A stretch of DNA of 64,000 nucleotides, taken from Candidatus Omnitrophota bacterium (GTDB lineage: Bacteria; Omnitrophota; Gorgyraeia; Pluralincolimonadales; Pluralincolimonadaceae). Location of the stretch: NCBI GenBank assembly GCA_028716565.1, contig JAQUPL010000004.1, positions 4,236 to 68,235 on the forward strand. Direction: 5' to 3'. Shown one piece after another: positions 61,055 through 64,000 of this stretch (the first letter of the stretch is position 1; the number at the start of each line of letters is the position of its first letter). A model generated the notes under the pieces. That model was not told the DNA's origin and did no database searches. It saw only the letters and a list, made by a program, of their open reading frames with translations. The position numbers and the translations under genes were made by a program.

Positions 61055-61061
61055 ATTTTAT

Positions 61062-61682
61062 TTACTCATAATAGATGTCGTCGAGAAAGATCGCGAACCC
61101 GTTCGGGTTATCGGCAACACTGGCCGCCCAGCAGAAACCGCCGGAGATGTAAGAAAGGCTTTTGCCGGTCAGGTCGATCGTATATTCTTTCCAATCGCGG
61201 GTGAGGGTAATGGGCCCGATAGAGACGGAATCCGAATCGCCGTATTCGCCGGTAATGCCGCCTACCTTGACTTCGGCCAATACCTCGCCGCCTCTTTCTC
61301 CGCGCGCCCAAAATATAAGCTTCTTGGCGCCTGTCAGGTCGAAACCGCCCTGCTTCGTCCCCCAGTTATTCGCCGGGTTCTGCCAGAAAATGCCCGCCCA
61401 GCCCGCTCCCTGTTTCTGTTCGCCCGAGTATACGATCTTTATGCAGGTGGTCCCGCTATGGGGATTATCCTTGCATCCGGTATCGATCTTCATATCGCCG
61501 TAATCGCCCATCCAGCCCGAAGGTATGTAATGGTTATCGCGCGCTGATCTGTCGGTATAGACGTTAAACCTCTTGAAGCCTGTGTCAGCGGCGGAACTAA
61601 CGGCCGCGTCAGCGGCGCATGAACGGCCTGAAACACAGACAGTCAGCGCCAATAGCACAAACAGGATTGCCAGCCTCTTCAT
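61062..61682 (-). CDS. secreted paralog C of a triplicated ~200-aa protein family (putative carbohydrate-binding beta-sandwich; unknown family)
   Basis: Signal peptide. Conserved blocks WMGDYGD, GAGWAGIFWQNPANNWGT, FWARGE.GGE, GGITGEYGDSDS, GGFCW, and a C-terminus DDIYYE. Confidence 0.6.
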   Translation of the reverse strand: MKRLAILFVLLALTVCVSGRSCAADAAVSSAADTGFKRFNVYTDRSARDNHYIPSGWMGDYGDMKIDTGCKDNPHSGTTCIKIVYSGEQKQGAGWAGIFWQNPANNWGTKQGGFDLTGAKKLIFWARGERGGEVLAEVKVGGITGEYGDSDSVSIGPITLTRDWKEYTIDLTGKSLSYISGGFCWAASVADNPNGFAIFLDDIYYE

Positions 61683-61730
61683 TTCCCAAACCCCCTTTCG
61701 AGATTACGGTCGAATCGCGCCCGGATCTTT

Positions 61731-62315
61731 CTATTCGTAATACATGTCGTCGAGGTAGATCGTGAAACCGTTGGGATTCGACGCGGCGTTAGCGACCCAG
61801 CAGAAACCGCCGGAGATCGATCCGAGGTCCTTGCCAGCCAGGTCTATCTTATATTCTTTCCATTCGGGCGTGAGCGTTACGTCGGTTATGCCCGCGGAAT
61901 CGGAATCGCCGTATTCACCCGTGATGCCGCCGATCTTGAACTCCGCTATCTTCTCGCCGCCCTTCCCGCCCCTCGCCCAGAAGACGAGCTTCTTTGCGCC
62001 TTTAAGATCGATGCCTCCCGGCTGCGTGCCCCAGTTATTGGCGGGATTCTGCCAATATACCCCGGCCCAGCCCGCGCCCTGTTTCTGCTCGCCCGAGTAG
62101 CTTATCTTTACGCAGGTCGACCCGGAATGCGGATTATCCTTGCTGCCGGCGTCTACCTTAATATCTCCGTAATCACCCATCCATCCGGAAGGCGTATAAT
62201 GATTATCCTTGGCCATCTTATCGGTATAGACATTGAATTTCTTGAACTCCGCGTAGGATACCGCGGCGGCGGCAAGGATGCTGAGGGCCGCCATTAAAAC
62301 AACGAGCTTCTTCAT
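61731..62315 (-). CDS. secreted paralog B of the triplicated family
   Basis: Carries the same conserved blocks as 61062-61682 and 62441-63073. Roughly 70% aa identity by eye. Confidence 0.6.
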   Translation of the reverse strand: MKKLVVLMAALSILAAAAVSYAEFKKFNVYTDKMAKDNHYTPSGWMGDYGDIKVDAGSKDNPHSGSTCVKISYSGEQKQGAGWAGVYWQNPANNWGTQPGGIDLKGAKKLVFWARGGKGGEKIAEFKIGGITGEYGDSDSAGITDVTLTPEWKEYKIDLAGKDLGSISGGFCWVANAASNPNGFTIYLDDMYYE

Positions 62316-62339
62316 CTGGTCAAACCTCCCTTTTATTAC

Positions 62340-62389
62340 GGATAAAAATAGACTAAAGCTCCGGCGCTCCCTTTATCGGGAAGCGCCGG
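62340..62389 (-). terminator. putative intrinsic terminator/attenuator between paralog A and paralog B
   Basis: Hairpin CCGGCGCTCCC-tttatc-GGGAAGCGCCGG (11-bp stem with one bulge), followed on the minus strand by TCTATTTTTATCC. Confidence 0.4.
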
Positions 62390-62440
62390 TAATCTATGTC
62401 CTTAACAAATCCATATTATACTAGGTAAATGAGCTCCCGT

Positions 62441-63073
62441 CTACTCGTAATAAATATCATCAAAGTAGATCGTGAACCCGTCCGGGTTATCGGCAGCGCT
62501 TGCCGCCCAGCAGAAACCGCCGGAGATGTACGTCAGGTCCTTGCCGGTCAGGTCTATCGTATACTCTTTCCATTCGGGAGTAAGCGTTAAAGGCCCGATC
62601 GAGACGGAATCCGAATCGGCGTATTCACCCGTAATGCCGCCTACCTTGACTTCGGCCAAGGTGCCGATCTGGGTCTTTGAGAGCATCTCTCCGCCTTTTT
62701 CGCCCCTCGCCCAGAAGACGAGCTTCTTGGCTCCGGTAAGGTCATAACCGCCGGGTTTGGTCCCCCAGTTATTAGCCGGGTTCTGCCAGAAGATGCCCGC
62801 CCAGCCGGCGCCCTGTTTCTGCTCGCAGGTGTAGACGATCTTTATGCAGTTGGTCCCGGAGTGAGGATTATCCTTCCAACCGGTATCAAGTTTTATATCG
62901 CCATAATCGCCCATCCAGCCCGAAGGTATATAATGGTTATCGCGGGCTGAGCGGTCGGTGTAGACATTAAACCTTTTGAACCCTCCTGTGCCGGCCGCAT
63001 CGGCGGCGACGGATACGCCGGCTACGCATACGGCCAGCGCCAATACCACCAACAGAATTACTGATTTCTTCAT
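62441..63073 (-). CDS. secreted paralog A of the triplicated family (contains a 16-aa insertion)
   Basis: Signal peptide and the same conserved blocks. Extra segment LSKTQIGTLAEVKVGG. Confidence 0.6.
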   Translation of the reverse strand: MKKSVILLVVLALAVCVAGVSVAADAAGTGGFKRFNVYTDRSARDNHYIPSGWMGDYGDIKLDTGWKDNPHSGTNCIKIVYTCEQKQGAGWAGIFWQNPANNWGTKPGGYDLTGAKKLVFWARGEKGGEMLSKTQIGTLAEVKVGGITGEYADSDSVSIGPLTLTPEWKEYTIDLTGKDLTYISGGFCWAASAADNPDGFTIYFDDIYYE

Positions 63074-63092
63074 TTCCTTAACCCCCCTTTCG

Positions 63093-64000
63093 TTATTTTG
63101 TCCAGTTTCCCTTATACCAGGAATAAGCCTTCTTTAGCTGTCTTAAGAACGGACTGTCCGAACCGTTCCCCTGGCTTGTTACTCCCAAATATTCTTCATG
63201 CAGCCACCCGTCCGGGAAAGGCCCGCGGAAATTACCCGGGGTCTTTGCCTTTGCCTTGTAATCCCATCCTTCAGGTTCCTGTTTCGCGGGATCGAGCTGC
63301 GGCGGAGGCCCCCCCTTCCACCACTCGTCCACCCATTCGAAACAGACCCCGCCAAGGGCGTTCCCGAAACCTGAACCCGCCATATTATAGGCGATATCCT
63401 CCCAATTGCCTTTATGGTATTCCGCCTGCAGCTCTTCCCCTTTTTCCAGGTTATCCTTTAAATAGGAAGGAGAGCCGTATTCGGTTATGATAGAGGGCCT
63501 GCCGGTAAAGTCCTTTACGTCCTCCCAATACGTCCTCCCGAATCCGTTCGGGCCGCGGTAAACATTCGCTCCAAATACGTCCACATCCTGGCAATACTTG
63601 GCGAAATAATCAAGATATACCGTCTCGCCGTTGCAGATGGCGACCGGGTGGTTGGGGTCTATAGATTTTATCATCTTCGCCACTTCGTTGACGAAGGCGT
63701 AATACGCGTCCGGCTGGAGCTTGGCGCGGCATCCCATCCCCGGCTCGACTTCCGGCACGCCGGGATAGCCGTAATTGTTCTCGTTGCCAAGCACCCACAT
63801 GAGGATATAAGGCTCGTCCTTATATTCCTCCACGACCTCCCTGACGCTCGCCATCATCTTCTTCTTATGCTCTTCGTTGGTGTAATCCGTGCCCGAATAC
63901 CAATCGGCGCCGGAACCGGTGGCATACATCCCGAGGAAATCTCCCATGAGATACATGAAACCGTATCTCTCATAGCCATCCTTAAGGAGTTCTTTATTGG
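63093..64000 (-). CDS. clan GH-A (GH5-like) glycoside hydrolase, paralog of 59690-61054 (5'-partial; continues past window end)
   Basis: MWVLGNENNYGY and ITEYG motifs. The in-frame reading continues upstream of the first Met through the window edge. The C-terminus ends in YKGNWTK. Confidence 0.6.
   Translation of the reverse strand, partial: NKELLKDGYERYGFMYLMGDFLGMYATGSGADWYSGTDYTNEEHKKKMMASVREVVEEYKDEPYILMWVLGNENNYGYPGVPEVEPGMGCRAKLQPDAYYAFVNEVAKMIKSIDPNHPVAICNGETVYLDYFAKYCQDVDVFGANVYRGPNGFGRTYWEDVKDFTGRPSIITEYGSPSYLKDNLEKGEELQAEYHKGNWEDIAYNMAGSGFGNALGGVCFEWVDEWWKGGPPPQLDPAKQEPEGWDYKAKAKTPGNFRGPFPDGWLHEEYLGVTSQGNGSDSPFLRQLKKAYSWYKGNWTK

Overview
Bacterial chromosomal window, about 58% GC overall, carrying mostly housekeeping genes at very high coding density.

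From position 31 to 49145 about 46 of the 47 genes sit co-directionally on the minus strand. The only plus-strand gene in that stretch is rpsT.

Local gene order is strikingly Firmicute-like:
- thiL–tsaE
- tmk–holB–yaaT/ricT … metG–tatD
- mcsA–mcsB–clpC … yacL–ispD–ispF–cysE–cysS

The same chromosome encodes clear diderm-envelope functions: MlaFED, LolCD(E), Lnt, LptE next to holA, a BamD-like TPR protein, and a TamB/AsmA-like protein. This points to a diderm lineage related to Firmicutes or a candidate phylum.

Other recognisable content:
- Six aminoacyl-tRNA-related genes (metG, cysS, lysS, leuS, prfB, secA).
- prfB carries the canonical programmed +1 frameshift.
- Two tRNAs (Ala-GGC, Leu-CAA).
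- A bidirectional terminator hairpin.
- ComEA/ComEC competence genes.
- An ECF sigma/anti-sigma pair.
- An NfeD–SPFH pair.

Three regions are non-routine:
1. A ~1.3 kb low-GC insert between prfB and ogt (about 33990–35194). It encodes an ORF6N (KilA-N/Bro-N-like) DNA-binding protein plus a very AT-rich 4-TM protein. It is bounded by a half-copy of a 23-nt sequence that reappears in full hairpin form after tRNA-Leu.
2. A TatD fused to a TatD-associated radical-SAM domain.
3. A 3' envelope/polysaccharide locus (56.3–64 kb). It holds a CBM9-like protein, an M48 protease, a HAMP–HExxH hybrid membrane protein, two paralogous clan GH-A hydrolases (one with a poly-His N-tail), and three tandem paralogous secreted ~200-aa proteins of unknown family.

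No CRISPR arrays, rRNA, transposases or integrases were seen.
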